Source: Curvularia clavata (lineage: Eukaryota). From it: 64,000 bases of DNA. This document shows, in pieces, positions 23,593-35,799 of the stretch. A program made the translations under genes and the position numbers. The notes beneath the pieces are model-generated. The model made no database searches, was not told where the DNA came from, and was given only the letters and a program-made list of their open reading frames with translations. The stretch covers positions 62,001-126,000 of the forward strand of contig CP089274.1 in the NCBI GenBank assembly GCA_023920165.1, read 5' to 3'. Positions within the stretch are counted from its first letter, which is position 1. Every line of letters starts with the position of its first letter.

Positions 23593-24226
23593 AAGGATAG
23601 AATAATGATGTTGTGCAAATAGGTCGACTCTGCGTGAGTATTTGATTAGGCCTTTCTTATTATGTATATAAGTCGGTAACGAATTACAAGACAATACTTA
23701 TAAGCTACAAAATACCAGGTTTGGTGACTATCTCATGAACAGACGCTCCGCTCATGGCGTTAGCGTTGCGCTAGGAACACTTACGAGTTCCTGAGCCACT
23801 CAGAGCTAATCACGGAAAAGGAGTGCGGACGGGTAGCCATGCGATACTGTGATTGGCCCAGAAGTTTGTAACGCTGCGCTTATCGCTAAACAGTCAGACG
23901 TGAACTGATTGCTGCTGAATAGGCCCAATCTTCCTTCATACACATCTTGCGGCCCGCACAGCAATACAAAATATTTGGGAGAACAGAGCGAAAGCTGGAT
24001 CGCGAAGCAATGTCAGATACGACTGTCTAAATAACGATGCCCACACTCCCAATCCAGTCCTGCCGCCTACTTTTCCTTCAGTCTTCCTTTTCCGGCGCCG
24101 TCTCCACATTGTTCCGTCAGATAGCAGAACTCACACGAGCTTAATAATGACTCACCGGGGTAGTAAATATGGGTTTTATGACTTCATCCCCTACCAGACA
24201 CTGGTTACCACGTTGCATCACCTGGT

Positions 24227-24736
24227 ATGAACAAAATGTCGCAAACAAACAACGTTACTGTTCTTCTTCAGCCTTGGGACCATCCCGACAGTATCCAACT
24301 CCGCGCTAAACAGCGTGCCGAGATCATTCCTCTTGGCGGCGACGATCCCGGTACTCCTCCGACGGCCTCCAACGTCCCAGTCTTTTTTGTCGCATATCTT
24401 TCCGGTGTCCCAGTCGGATGCGGCGGCCTTCGACCATTGCAAGAACTATCTGGGCTGGCGTGCAACAATGCCGCTGAAATCAAGAGGATGTTTGTCGATC
24501 CAGCATACAGAGGAGACAGGGGCGACGGCATATCAATCGCGCAACGGATACTTGAGGAGCTCGAAGCAGAAGCGAGGGGAAGAGGATGGTCGACGTTGGT
24601 ATTGGAGACTGGAGAGTTCATGCTAGGAGCTAGACGATTCTATGAAAAGTGCGGATTTGTCCCACGAGGGAAGTTTGGGAGCTACCTTGACGCACCAAAC
24701 AGCGTCTTCTATGAGAAGTCAATCGCCGAAGTGTAG
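24227..24736 (+). CDS. GNAT-family N-acetyltransferase
   Basis: PVGCGGLR, AEIKRMFVDPAYRG, LVLETG, ARRFYEKCGF and SVFYEK; intronless. Confidence 0.9.
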   Translation: MNKMSQTNNVTVLLQPWDHPDSIQLRAKQRAEIIPLGGDDPGTPPTASNVPVFFVAYLSGVPVGCGGLRPLQELSGLACNNAAEIKRMFVDPAYRGDRGDGISIAQRILEELEAEARGRGWSTLVLETGEFMLGARRFYEKCGFVPRGKFGSYLDAPNSVFYEKSIAEV

Positions 24737-25052
24737 ACGACTCATTTACCCTCATTGGCCAGAGTGCCAACGACTAGGAATGCAGAAGCTTGGAAATAGA
24801 GCGGTAATTTGTGTTTTCAATAACATGTTTTAAGAAGTGATTAACTGTATAATAACACTAACGTTCAATGTATTTTTGACATGACATCAATATCGTGGCT
24901 GTTCCCGATCTATCAAGAGGCCCTCACCACCCAAAGCGGCACCAAGAACTTTACAAACCTACGAACGGTTCACGCCTAGATAGAACAAGAGACAAAAGTC
25001 TTTAGCTATAGCAGCAAAAGAATAAATTTTCTTTATCCCGAATCAGCCGCCT

Positions 25053-25869
25053 TTAGGAAGGTCTGGCCATTTTATCCCAATACGCCTTTAGTGCGGTTGC
25101 GTCAGCCTTTTTTTCTTGCACCTCATCGTCCGTCAAAGGAGTTTTGTCTTTCTTACGAAAGACATCCCAGTACATCTGCTTCCAAATAAGTTGTTGTGTA
25201 GAAGCTGGCGATCCACCATAGGCTTGCCCAATGACAACTTTCACAGTATTTTCATTGAGATCTTTGGCATCGACAGAAGACTCGACAACACAACAAGCTA
25301 CGACAGAATAGCACTTTTGGATGATCGATTCAGACTGGATCTTGTAGACGAAGAAGAAGGCATCCAGCCGGGAGATTCCCCCAAAATCGTTGAGCCGGAT
25401 TGCACTAGTTGTGTTAGCTCATTTGTGTAATCGTGATCATTGCATTACTAGTTACTATCGTTCATCATGCACCCGCTGACCCTGTGATGCTCCCAGCAAT
25501 TCAGTGATGACAGTGGTCGCTAGGGTTGCAATTCCATCCGCGAGCGGCCCTCTGGAGAATGAGTTGGCACATTTTTTGATCGGTTCACCAATGTCTTCTG
25601 ACTTGGATGTCATAGCGCGAACAAACGTGTACTTCGTTAATACCTTGTCAATCGGTATGAGTTTGGAATCGTTTGCAGTGTTTCTACGATATCAGTTTGC
25701 GTTCGCGAGTCGTGAGTTATACTTACTCTATCTTTTCGTAGAAGGCCAGGAGCTGATCATTAGCCATCTGCTCCAGCACTTTGAGCGTCTCCAAGGCGGC
25801 AGCCTCCATCTTCTCGGTGCCCGATGCATCTTCAGCTTGTTGACGAATTGTAGAAAGGGTACCTCCCAT
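25053..25869 (-). CDS. Uncharacterised ~240-aa protein with possible N-myristoylation start (MGGTLS)
   Basis: Three exons (25869-25727, 25683-25456, 25404-25053) joined by GT-AG introns of 43 and 51 nt give an open 241-codon frame including the stop. Confidence 0.75.
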
Positions 25870-27329
25870 GATTTTCTTTGTTGTCTGGTTCACGTGCTTC
25901 ACCAAGAAAAATAAGTTCTGAACCGCGGCCACATTGTTTATAACTACTCTTCTTGACTGTCAGCCAAAAGTAACAGAATTTCCCCTGACCGGGCATCTCA
26001 TGTAGCGGTGAGCCGTTGATGACAGCAGGATCGACGTGGTCATAGGATTTTGGGTTTAACAGCGGACCTTTAGCTAACCACGAATCGCTAACTAATTTGA
26101 ATAACCACAAACAATAGCTGCATGCAATCACAAGTGTGCCATGGCGGGGCTGTGTGATGCATCGCATCGCACTAGACTGTCCAGAACAACTATATTGTGC
26201 CACGGAGACGCCGGTGTGGCGTCGTGGTTTTGCCTGTGCTTTCCTGCGTTTAGTATGGTTGGCCGAAAGAAATGCAGTGGTGGAGCTAAGCTTTCTTCTA
26301 GAGCCGAGCTCTTCATCTTTCTTCGCCCATATCGATTGCGAAAGAAGCAGATTGGGTTTCGTGCACCCCGCAAATTTTCTTTCACAACCTTTATATAATA
26401 CTTGAACTTTTTAAAACAACGTTCCGAACCTACATGTGCATATACCTAGTGTTTCATCTCTGAAACGCTTGGAATCGAAACCACTCGGCTACTAACTGTT
26501 ATGATAAAGGTAAAATCAAAACTTACTAAATATATTTCTATGATCAGGTTGAATGTGCTATTAGCGTGGCGCCCTGAGACTATGAAACTATCAGAGCATC
26601 AACACGAGGGCGTGGAATTTGTCGCAGGGAAAAGACACGAAAGAAAAATTAGATTGAAGTCAAGACTGGACACTAGGTATTAAAGCCGCTCACGACGTAA
26701 GCTAGCGCGTAGCTAGACTACCGATATTTATAACGCCTACTATAAACATAGACGCGCGTGAGCTGGCTATGGATGTAATGCGCTATCAGCAACTATAATG
26801 CAGGCATTATTCTAGAGATCTCGCTACAACTCAAGCGTGTAGTGTCTCTAGATTAACTCTATCGACGCTACGGACAACGGCTACAGGAGAAGTGGCTCTA
26901 GGTAGACACTGGCAGACCATCTCAAATCTCAACTGCCGGGACACAATCAAGCAAAGCAATGCACTAGACCTGGAATTGGCGACCGTCAAGGCTAACCTTT
27001 GCAAGGCTGTCAAACGCCAAAACTAGGCTGGGTTGGCCAAAGCGTACAGCTGAGAATCCCTGGCCGCTTACCCCTGTAGATACACTGGTCAAGTTCAGAC
27101 AGGACAGCCGCACCAGCAACCACCATGAGTCGTGGCGTAAAGTCCCTCGGAGCCAAGGCATACCAGCCATAACAGTGTGTGGATGACAGTCCAGAAAATT
27201 TCACTGCTGCTCTTGATTCCTCGAAAAGAACGTGCAACGAGATACATACATCGTCTGCTAGATGCTAACAGTTGAATCGATGTGTCTGGTCAGACAGTTC
27301 TTGGATCCTCACTATCCTCCCTCAGCCCT

Positions 27330-27980
27330 TCAGGCAAAGCCTCGAGCAACCCACTCGTCCGCTTCCAGTACCTCTGCTTGCATAGGAAGCACTTTCTCCA
27401 TCAGCAGCCGGTGTACCTCGTCGTCTTTGTCCAAACACAAGTCGCTGAGCACAGTAAGCTTGTAGTCCAGATCCGCAGCCTCGCGGACCGTTGACAGCAC
27501 CGCGCCCCCAGTAGCCACGCCACACAGCACGAGATGGCTCACCTCGCGCCCACGAAGCACGGTGGCTAGGTCTGTGCCAGACAAGGCAGATACTCGACGC
27601 TTGGTAACGAAGACTTCGTCTTGTCGCCTTGTGGCATCGACAGCCTCGCCTTTGTCTGCTTTGGAGGAAAGTACAAGCTCGTCGAAGAGGTCGACGGACT
27701 GATCACCCTCAACAAAGACGTTGGCTGGCACGTCTTTGAGCCGCGAGCCCATGCTGCTCGCTGGGTTGAGCTCGGGTCGACCGGGCCGGAATGCAACCTT
27801 TACGTGGACAATGGTGATGGGCGACTTGTTGCCAGACTTGTTGGCTGACCGCACAGCCTCAAGCAGCTTGGCGGCTTTGCTAATATATCCTGGTGTCTTG
27901 TCTGGGAAGTTACCCATCATGATGCCCTTCTGTACGTCGAGCATGATGAGGGCGGTGTTGGTGGCTAAGGAGAACGCCAT
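27330..27980 (-). CDS. Isochorismatase-like (cysteine hydrolase fold) protein
   Basis: TALIMLDVQ, VTKRRVSALSGTDL, LVLCGVATGGAVLSTVREAADLDY and VLSDLCLD; intronless. Confidence 0.9.
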   Translation of the reverse strand: MAFSLATNTALIMLDVQKGIMMGNFPDKTPGYISKAAKLLEAVRSANKSGNKSPITIVHVKVAFRPGRPELNPASSMGSRLKDVPANVFVEGDQSVDLFDELVLSSKADKGEAVDATRRQDEVFVTKRRVSALSGTDLATVLRGREVSHLVLCGVATGGAVLSTVREAADLDYKLTVLSDLCLDKDDEVHRLLMEKVLPMQAEVLEADEWVARGFA

Positions 27981-28160
27981 GACGGGGAGTGTTTAGTGAC
28001 AATGATGTGGCACAAATACTGAGGACTGGTGGTGTTGTGGGTGGGTGTGAAATCGAGGGTGCATGAGAAACGGAACAAGCTGAGATCTCAGGAATGCAGC
28101 CATGCTTTTTATTTCTACAGCGTCGTCTAGATGCACGACATGATGGTATTATGGGTGATG

Positions 28161-28218
28161 TTCGGCGCCGATTCGGCTCACCCGTCAGCCGAGCCGACAG
28201 TTTCTCAGCCGACCGACG
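28161..28218. promoter_or_regulatory. CGG/CCG-rich divergent promoter (candidate Zn2Cys6 sites)
   Basis: Dense CGG/CCG triplets, including TCAGCCGA twice (28185, 28205), between the divergent hydrolase and TF. Confidence 0.5.
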
Positions 28219-28284
28219 TCATCTCTTGTTAACCCATCCATACTGATGTTCAGCCCCGACCCAACTCATTGCCAGCGGCCATCC

Positions 28285-30811
28285 ATGGCAGACGGTGTAA
28301 GCAGCTCGCCCCGCCGGAGCACGCGTATGTCGCGCAACGCGGCCTGTACGCGCTGCCGCACCTCCAAAGTGCGCTGCAACCCCAGCTCTATTCCCGGCCA
28401 GCCATGCCAACGGTGCACCAAGCTCAAACTCTCTTGTGTCGTCGATGCCACATATCGCCGAATCACGCGTAAAAGGTTGCTCAGTCCCTTTTCCGCTCCC
28501 TGTGAATATACATCTGTACTTTGTTACTGGTGGCCCATCAGCTGACATGGCACTTCAATAGCCAACTCGACCAGCTTGCCCGCGAGGTGCAAGCCATCAA
28601 GGAGACGGTGGAGAGCAGTAACAGACAGACGGCACTCCAGACTCCGCCGTCTAGTGTCACGGCCTTGGAAACTCAGCCGGCATTCTCCACAGCTGCATCA
28701 GAGCACAATAGTCGACATGGTGACAACAGCGTCATTGTGGACGATGCACAAGTCGACTCAACGGTAGTGCCTAGCCTACCCAGGGCGCTCAATTCGCTGC
28801 CCTTTACCGGGCCAGAAATCGATGAACATTTCAACATGTACGTATGTCTTGGCTAATTGTAGCATCTAGCATCGTCCTGTTGCCGTGAACAAAACTTACA
28901 GTGCCATGCAGGTACTTTCGCCATTGTCACCCTCACTTCCCTATCCTCAGTGAACACGACCATGACCCAAACAAATGTTACGATACGAGCCCGTTCCTCT
29001 TCTGGGTCATCATGCTCATCTCTTGCCGGCGTCAGCCCACACACAGCAACCCGGCCATGGTCCGCCTTCTCACAGAGCACGTCAAGCATGAGACCGATGC
29101 TGCAGTCCTTAAAGTGCCTCAGCCTTTAACCCAGCTACAAGCCATACTCCTGGTCGCCGCTTGGGGCTTGTACCCGGGTATCCGCTTCATTAACGATCCA
29201 GCCTACTGGCTGAGTGGCATTGCCATCAACTCATGCCTGCTTCTCGGCTTCCACACGGGTTCCGGGCGACACCAGTCGTATAACCATGTTACTCTCGCCG
29301 CCAGTTCATCGGATAGGGAAGCTGCTGTGACATGGGTAGCGTCTAATGTTTTGAATCGAAGGTAGTTTCTCTCTCTATCTGGCAGATAAGAAACTTTCAA
29401 CTGACTAGCCTTGACAGGCTATCAACCAATCTTGGTGTCCCATGCACAGCTCCAATGAACAAGACCACAATAAACATGATCAACGATGAGAGCAGTATTT
29501 TACCCACCCGTTTTCGCGTACAGCTCGAGTGTCAGATCTTCATGGACCGAGTCAATAAGACCCTGGGCTCTTCTCTTGAAGAGTCAAATGGAGTACCATA
29601 CGATATGGTCCGCATGTTTGAAGATGAATGGGCAGCAGCTCAAGCACGAATCATCGCCAAACACACGGGTAGGCAATCTCCTTTCTTGTTAGTCATCTCT
29701 TTGCGGTGCCGGGCATGTAGCTGACTACCTCCGGCATACAGACCCAGTAGTGGCCCTCTACGCTTTATTTGTTCTCCTCGAGGTCCAGGTGTACTATTTC
29801 CTCCCCATACCAACCCAAAACAGCCAATCATCTGCCGTCACTAGCCCACCCAGCGTCCCAGAGAATCTCTCTCCCTCCATCGAAACTGCTATATTGCGAT
29901 GCTATACCACGGCGTCTACCATCATTACCAGAGCAGTGGACCTTGATGAGACGACGAATCTCCTGCACTATCTCCCGCACTACATCATCCGCCCCATCGC
30001 GAACGCAATCTGTGTCATCTTCCGCATCATCCGCTCCGACCTGCCCTTGAGACACCCGCACATCGTCGTCGCCGAAGAAGCCGCCAAGCTATCCGTTCAG
30101 GCAGTCACAGTCTCCCGTCGTGTATCAACGGTTGAAGGTGATTTGGCGTGGCGGCTCGCGCGGTGTGTCGAGCTGTGGCACACGACAAGCGCACCGTACC
30201 TCACCGCCGCCGCCGCCGCCGCCGCCGCCAATCATTCCAATGCAGGGACAGGTTATCATAACGAGAATGGCAACACTCACAACGAAGCTGGCTCGGCTGG
30301 AGCTGGTCTAGACTATGAGCCAGTCCTGGTCGACACGTTCCGCCAGCGCATGGTAGCAGCCTTGGGTTTCGATTTTATGATCCGCTGGAAGACCAAGTAT
30401 GGCCCTGTGCATATGGGACCATATGGGCCACACCCTCAGGGGCAGAATCTAGGCCTACAGGTTGGTGCGAGCGAAGCTGTTGGTCACACGGGACGACAGC
30501 AGCAGATGCCATCGGAAAGCTCCACCGGAACCAATGGTCCTGTCAACAACAGGTGCCGGAGTATGGCAACCAGCCCTGACAATGGTCCTACCAGGTTCCA
30601 AGGGATTCAGCAAGACCGGCAGCGGTTGCAGTCCCAGCAACATCCGCAGCAACCCGGTATGCAAGCAGATTTCAATAGCACAATGATGCCGCCAGGTGAG
30701 GCGGGGCTATCTCTCCCTTCTGCAGGAACGATAGATACTGATCCTCTTCTTGGAACCGACTGGGGATTTCTCGATGACTTTGGTTGGGGATTCGATATGC
30801 AAGTTCCCTGA
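28285..30811 (+). CDS. Zn(II)2Cys6 transcription factor
   Basis: ACTRCRTSKVRCNPSSIPGQPCQRCTKLKLSC; YFRHCHPHFPIL..SPFLFWVI; several introns; Q/P-rich region and acidic-aromatic C-terminus. Confidence 0.9.
30204..30229 (+). repeat. (GCC)n trinucleotide repeat encoding poly-Ala in the TF
   Basis: About eight GCC units, translating as TAAAAAAAAN. Confidence 0.85.
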
Positions 30812-31356
30812 GCCGACATTTTCAAGAGCGCTGAATCGCACCATTCGCCGAAGTCTAATGGTACAGCACCATTGAAGAACTCACCATCAAGGTTGCATAC
30901 GGCCATGTCATTGGCCAGTAATGCTTCCAAGATAGGCTTTGTGACATTGAATACTGATCACGGGAAGGAGAAAACAACTATTCTGAGCTAAATCACGTCC
31001 ACCCCCTGTCAACGGCCCCTAGTCAGTGGCCTTCATGCCCTAAGGAGGGCCGGTCCGCCGCAGAATTACAGAATCTATGAGCTAGGATCCTGCACGCCAA
31101 TCTGAAATGAGCCTGCTACAGGGGATTTTGGTACGCCTCACTAGGACCGAAGGACGATGTTATGAGAAATGATGCAATCAGTACACGTGATTGGGCAAAA
31201 TGACGAGAATAACAAATAGAGTGACCACTACACAAATTTAGATGTGGGTTAAGCAGGCGGCAGATAGTAAGCTTGGATGTGAGTCTAACTACCTCTCTAG
31301 TCTAACTATACTTTGAATTGAGTGCAAATCCTGGTCCAGTCCGTGTGCATCACGGT

Positions 31357-33162
31357 TCAAAAACTTCTTTTTTCACTTTCATGGGCAGTCTCCTCCTTTT
31401 TCTTCGTTCTCGACGCCTCAGCCTGCTGCTTGCTCTTCTCCACCAGCTCCTTCCGCCATCCTAAACCCTTCTTCAATATCGTCCAAAAGGTCGGCGGAGC
31501 CGCAACTGTACTTATCGCCGCGAGAATCGTGAATGCCCATCCGCTGCCGACGCCGTTAATCATGGGCTGAATCGCAGCACTCGCGCCAGCTCCCACTAGG
31601 CAGCGCGTGAAGTTATTACTCGCAGTCGCTGCGCTCGCAGCCGTCGGGTTCATGTCCACAATGAGCGTGCTGACAACGTTGCTGAAGCCAGTCAACCCTA
31701 CACCCGCGAGGAACAGCATCACGCAAGGAACAGCGAGGTGCGCCTGAGCTTGAAGAACCCAACCCCATATCAGGATCACACAGGTACCCAGGATGAGGGC
31801 AGGAACTCCAACCTCGAGACGTGCGCGCTCAATAGGGAACGAGGAGAGATCGTGTTGCCTCCTGCGCTCGTAGGGGATGCCCAGCAGGCGGCAGTGCCGC
31901 CTGAAGTTCCAGTCCAGGCTGCGCCCAGTAATTTGTGAGCCCACCATCGTGCCTAGGCCGAGCGGAAGGTAGATGAGCCCGGTCTGGAAGTCAGTCAGGT
32001 GGTAGATTGAGGTGAATTGGGCGGGGATTGAGGTCATGACGCAGTAGAAGTTTGCGAAAATGAGGCTGCTGTAGAACAGAAGGACGGCCATGTTGGGCCG
32101 TATGAGAAGCGTTAGAGCGCGGAAGGCGTTGAATTTTTGCTTGGTCACAGTTTGCCCAGGAGGCGATGGCCTGTTAACTGAATCCTCTTCATCTTGTCGA
32201 TTAATTTGCGCCCGTTGTCTGCGGCAAGATCTGGTCGCGAGCAGATCCTTCCTGACCAGCCAAAGGGACCTGTGGACGAGATGTTTGGGCCGGACAGATC
32301 CATCCCCTACGATCCCGCGGCATGTTTCGGGCATCCAAACCAGGTGAACGACAGCGAGAGTCCCGCACATGATGGTAAGAATCCAGAAGATCCACCTCCA
32401 GCCGAGATACTGGGCGAGTGCGCCGCCCAGAACAGGACCCAGTGAGGGCCCTAGCATGATAGGCATCGACATGTAGCTCACATATCTGCCACGCTCGGCG
32501 GAGGTGATGATATCGGACACGACGCCCTGGGCCAGGGCCACCGTCGTGCTGGAGCCTGCAGATTGCAGCATGCGCAGGACGAGCAGCGCCGTGTAATTAG
32601 GTGCGAGGGCGCAGCCAATGTTAGCTGCCATGTAGACGATGAAGCAGATCATATACGCCGGCCGCCGACCTGCTGCGTCGGCATAGGCGCCGATAAACAT
32701 TGGAGTAAGGCCTTGGAATATCTGTCTGCTTGTCAGCAAACTGCACTTGGGAATAGCCAGAACCGACTAATGACTGACCATGTATGTTGTAACCGTCAGG
32801 TTAATTGCGGAATATGAGACATTAAACTCTTTGGCAATAGCGGGTAGTGCTGGGAGGTAGACGGAAGCCGTCAAAGGCGAGAAGAAGGCGGCGGCGGCAG
32901 CTGCCATGACTATGCCGACCTTTTGACCATGGGTAAAGATGGAGAATGACTTGGTCTGAGTCTCTACTTTTTGCATTGCATTGGCCCCAGCCTCGAGATC
33001 TTTTGGTGGCTGACCTCCATCTTCTGTGTTCGTGCGTGTATCTTCAACAACATTATGATCCGGTGAGAACGTAGGATTTGTCGCATTGTGTGTGGCTGTT
33101 GAGTCAATGCTCGCTCCCGGCAGCTGACTGCCAGATTGCAATTTGTCTGGCAGTTGGGTCAT
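31357..33162 (-). CDS. MFS drug:H+ antiporter (DHA1, Qdr/Aqr1-like)
   Basis: FFSPLTASVYLPALPAIA, INLTVTTYM|IFQGL, GRRPAY, LRMLQSAGSS, AERGRY, LGWRWIFW and FPIERARL; one intron. Confidence 0.93.
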
Positions 33163-33806
33163 AGCTACATGTGTTGAATTTGAGCTTGCTTGCAGCTGTT
33201 CTCAAGGCACAACAGTTGCTTCTGCAGCAGTGAACTCGTGAATTTAAGTATCATCTCCATGTTGAGCTCGACGGGTAAAAAAAACGTGATGCGCCCCTTC
33301 TCCATGATGTAGGCTCGGAAGCGAGATCGGCTGAGAGCGTCCCATTTCGGCCCAGTAAGCCGAGCAGGATACAACTTACCGATGCTGGACTGGTTGGCTC
33401 ACAGCGGTAACCACGGACCTAATTGACGACGATTTTTCAATCTTTGCCTGTTGATAGATTCCGATCATCTCCGTCTAGGATTTCTGGCCCTCGAACTAGA
33501 TGGCATCTGATGGAGAAGAAGCGAAAGACGTACCAAATACAATAATTGGCATTAGGGAATCTGTTGCTTCGGATTTGTGAAGGCCGCTAGTGATGGACTA
33601 TCAAGAGCACTAGAAGAACGAGCATCTCATGACCTTTGCTTCTGCAGTCAATTCTATGATCTCTCTCATTGCAGATGTATTAAATGCTATTCTGTGATAC
33701 CTGTATGGGCTAGGCAATGCATGTAAGTCATACTAGAAGATTATATTATTTTAGTTTGACGCGTAGTTTACACATACAGCCGATATTTCCGCAAAGGAAT
33801 GGCACC

Positions 33807-34960
33807 TTACGCATCAATCAACGCAATCCTTCCTGCAACTTTATCTGGCCACACATCTTGAATCATGATCCATTTGTTTTGCAGTAGCCGCGCCCGTTCT
33901 GAGCCATCCATTGTACTTCCTGGCGAAGGTACTTGGATGAATATTGAGTCCCTTGTTAGTGCAGAGACACTAATCAAAATGTCTGGGGTATGTGACAAAA
34001 TGCGGAATACGATATTCAACAATGCTGAAATCGTGATTATGACTGCTGCCAGCATGTAAAGGAATAGGCAAACCATATTGGATAGGTACAGCAGTGCAGT
34101 AAACTCAGTACACGTGCCGGTTGTGTTACTCCACGTTTCACCGCGATTCTCAATGGATATCCCGTCGCTCTTAGATATGTTAGTAGTGTCCATCGTTTCT
34201 CGAAGATAGGTGTTCAGCACTGTTGAGAGCCGAATAGAAAGTATATTGAGGGGAACTTCGTTAAAGAATGATGTATTCATTCCATATTCCCGATCATTAA
34301 ACGAGGTTGGTAGATTCCTGAGCCATTTCTCGAGGAAACCGGGCTCCGCAGGATGGTTACTAGCCATATTGTACGAGATATATTTGACAACAACCACATT
34401 GTGGCCGATATCTAGTGCGGTAAGATTTTCGTATAGCTGCAATTCGAGTGCCGGAGCGATACGGCGCACTTTTTTGGCATGCCATGCCAAGTCCCCATAT
34501 TGTGAGTCTCTTGCACATGGGATGGCTGATTCAACGTATTCTGTGCGGACATCGCATATCATCAAATTGAGTCGAAATTGGAACACGAGCTTCATGCTCG
34601 CTCTGGGCCACGAACCATCAGAAACTGCTTGGCCAGGGCGAAAACCACGATCCGGGTCGTTCATGACATCGAGAATAATATTTGGTATACCCAAATTCGT
34701 GACTACTCCATCCGAACTGAAACTTGCTCCGAGCAAGGCTGAGTGAACCCAGCGGCATGATGGCCTTCACAAATTCTGATATCTTCAACACTTGAGCCGA
34801 TATTAATTCGTATCCACAATCAGTGCTTCGAACCACTGGAAGATTTCGGATCGAACTCCCCTCAACACAGTGTAGACAGGCGATCGTCTCTTTGCACTCT
34901 AATATGTATAGCGCCTTGCCTAGACTATGGCAATTTGTCCAAGCTACTAACTCTTCTAGC
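33807..34960 (-). pseudogene. 5'-degenerate fungal hypothetical membrane protein
   Basis: A 309-aa open C-terminal part with a TM helix and PDIL.SVSALTRDS..VPSPGSTMDGSERARLL..IQDVWP..GRIAL. No ATG start; upstream frames are broken by stops in TpA-rich sequence. Confidence 0.55.
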
Positions 34961-35799
34961 AAAAGCTATTCAGTGGCACTAGTGTACCCATTTGTTTGCT
35001 TATGTTTGTTTTAGGCCGTAAAGGCCGATTGTGGTGTCCTAGTGATTCTAATTACCAAGCCCATTGGCGAGTTGACAACGACCGTCTTTCCTGGCTAGCA
35101 GTCATCTATCTTCCAAGACTCAGTTCAATATGACGCACATATTGTGTAGTCGTACAAGTGGTTTCATCTTAATAGAACAAGAGCTCTAGTGAGGACATTG
35201 AAATCACTGGAGGAAGAGTAGATGTAAAGGCAACACTAGAAGTTATACCATGAGGATGACTACTCACTGCTGCCATCAGCTTCGGGTCTAGCACTGATAC
35301 GGATAGAATTATTCATAATGTAGTCATTACAGCAATGGCTTGCATGATGCTAGTGAAGCTGGCGTGATAAGAAACTTGGCGTCCAGCTCCACCAATGACT
35401 TCCATCTCGTCTATCTTATAATTTTGTGCATATACGAGCTGCACTTCGCTTACCCAATGCATTCCTACGCGTTCTCCGCGTAAGGCTGAGACTTAGAAAT
35501 GCCTTGCACTTCACGTCAATAACATCACGCTTTCTCATCCTTGTATGTGTTTTTGAGCACTTTCTTCTACTTGGAGACAGATCATAGACAATTTTAAGAT
35601 TTGATTACATCCAAGGTATCGTAGCAGAACTCTAGGGCTGCAAAGTAAAAGAATATGAATCATCGTGGCGATTTTCGGCCCCCAACTATTCCTTCTACTG
35701 GGTGGTGCCCCCCATCTATTGTATACGTAAAGTCATTATCGCGTGGCTGAGCTATGGAATGTCTTATATAGGCATCAGGCCCACTATTACCCTGCATCT

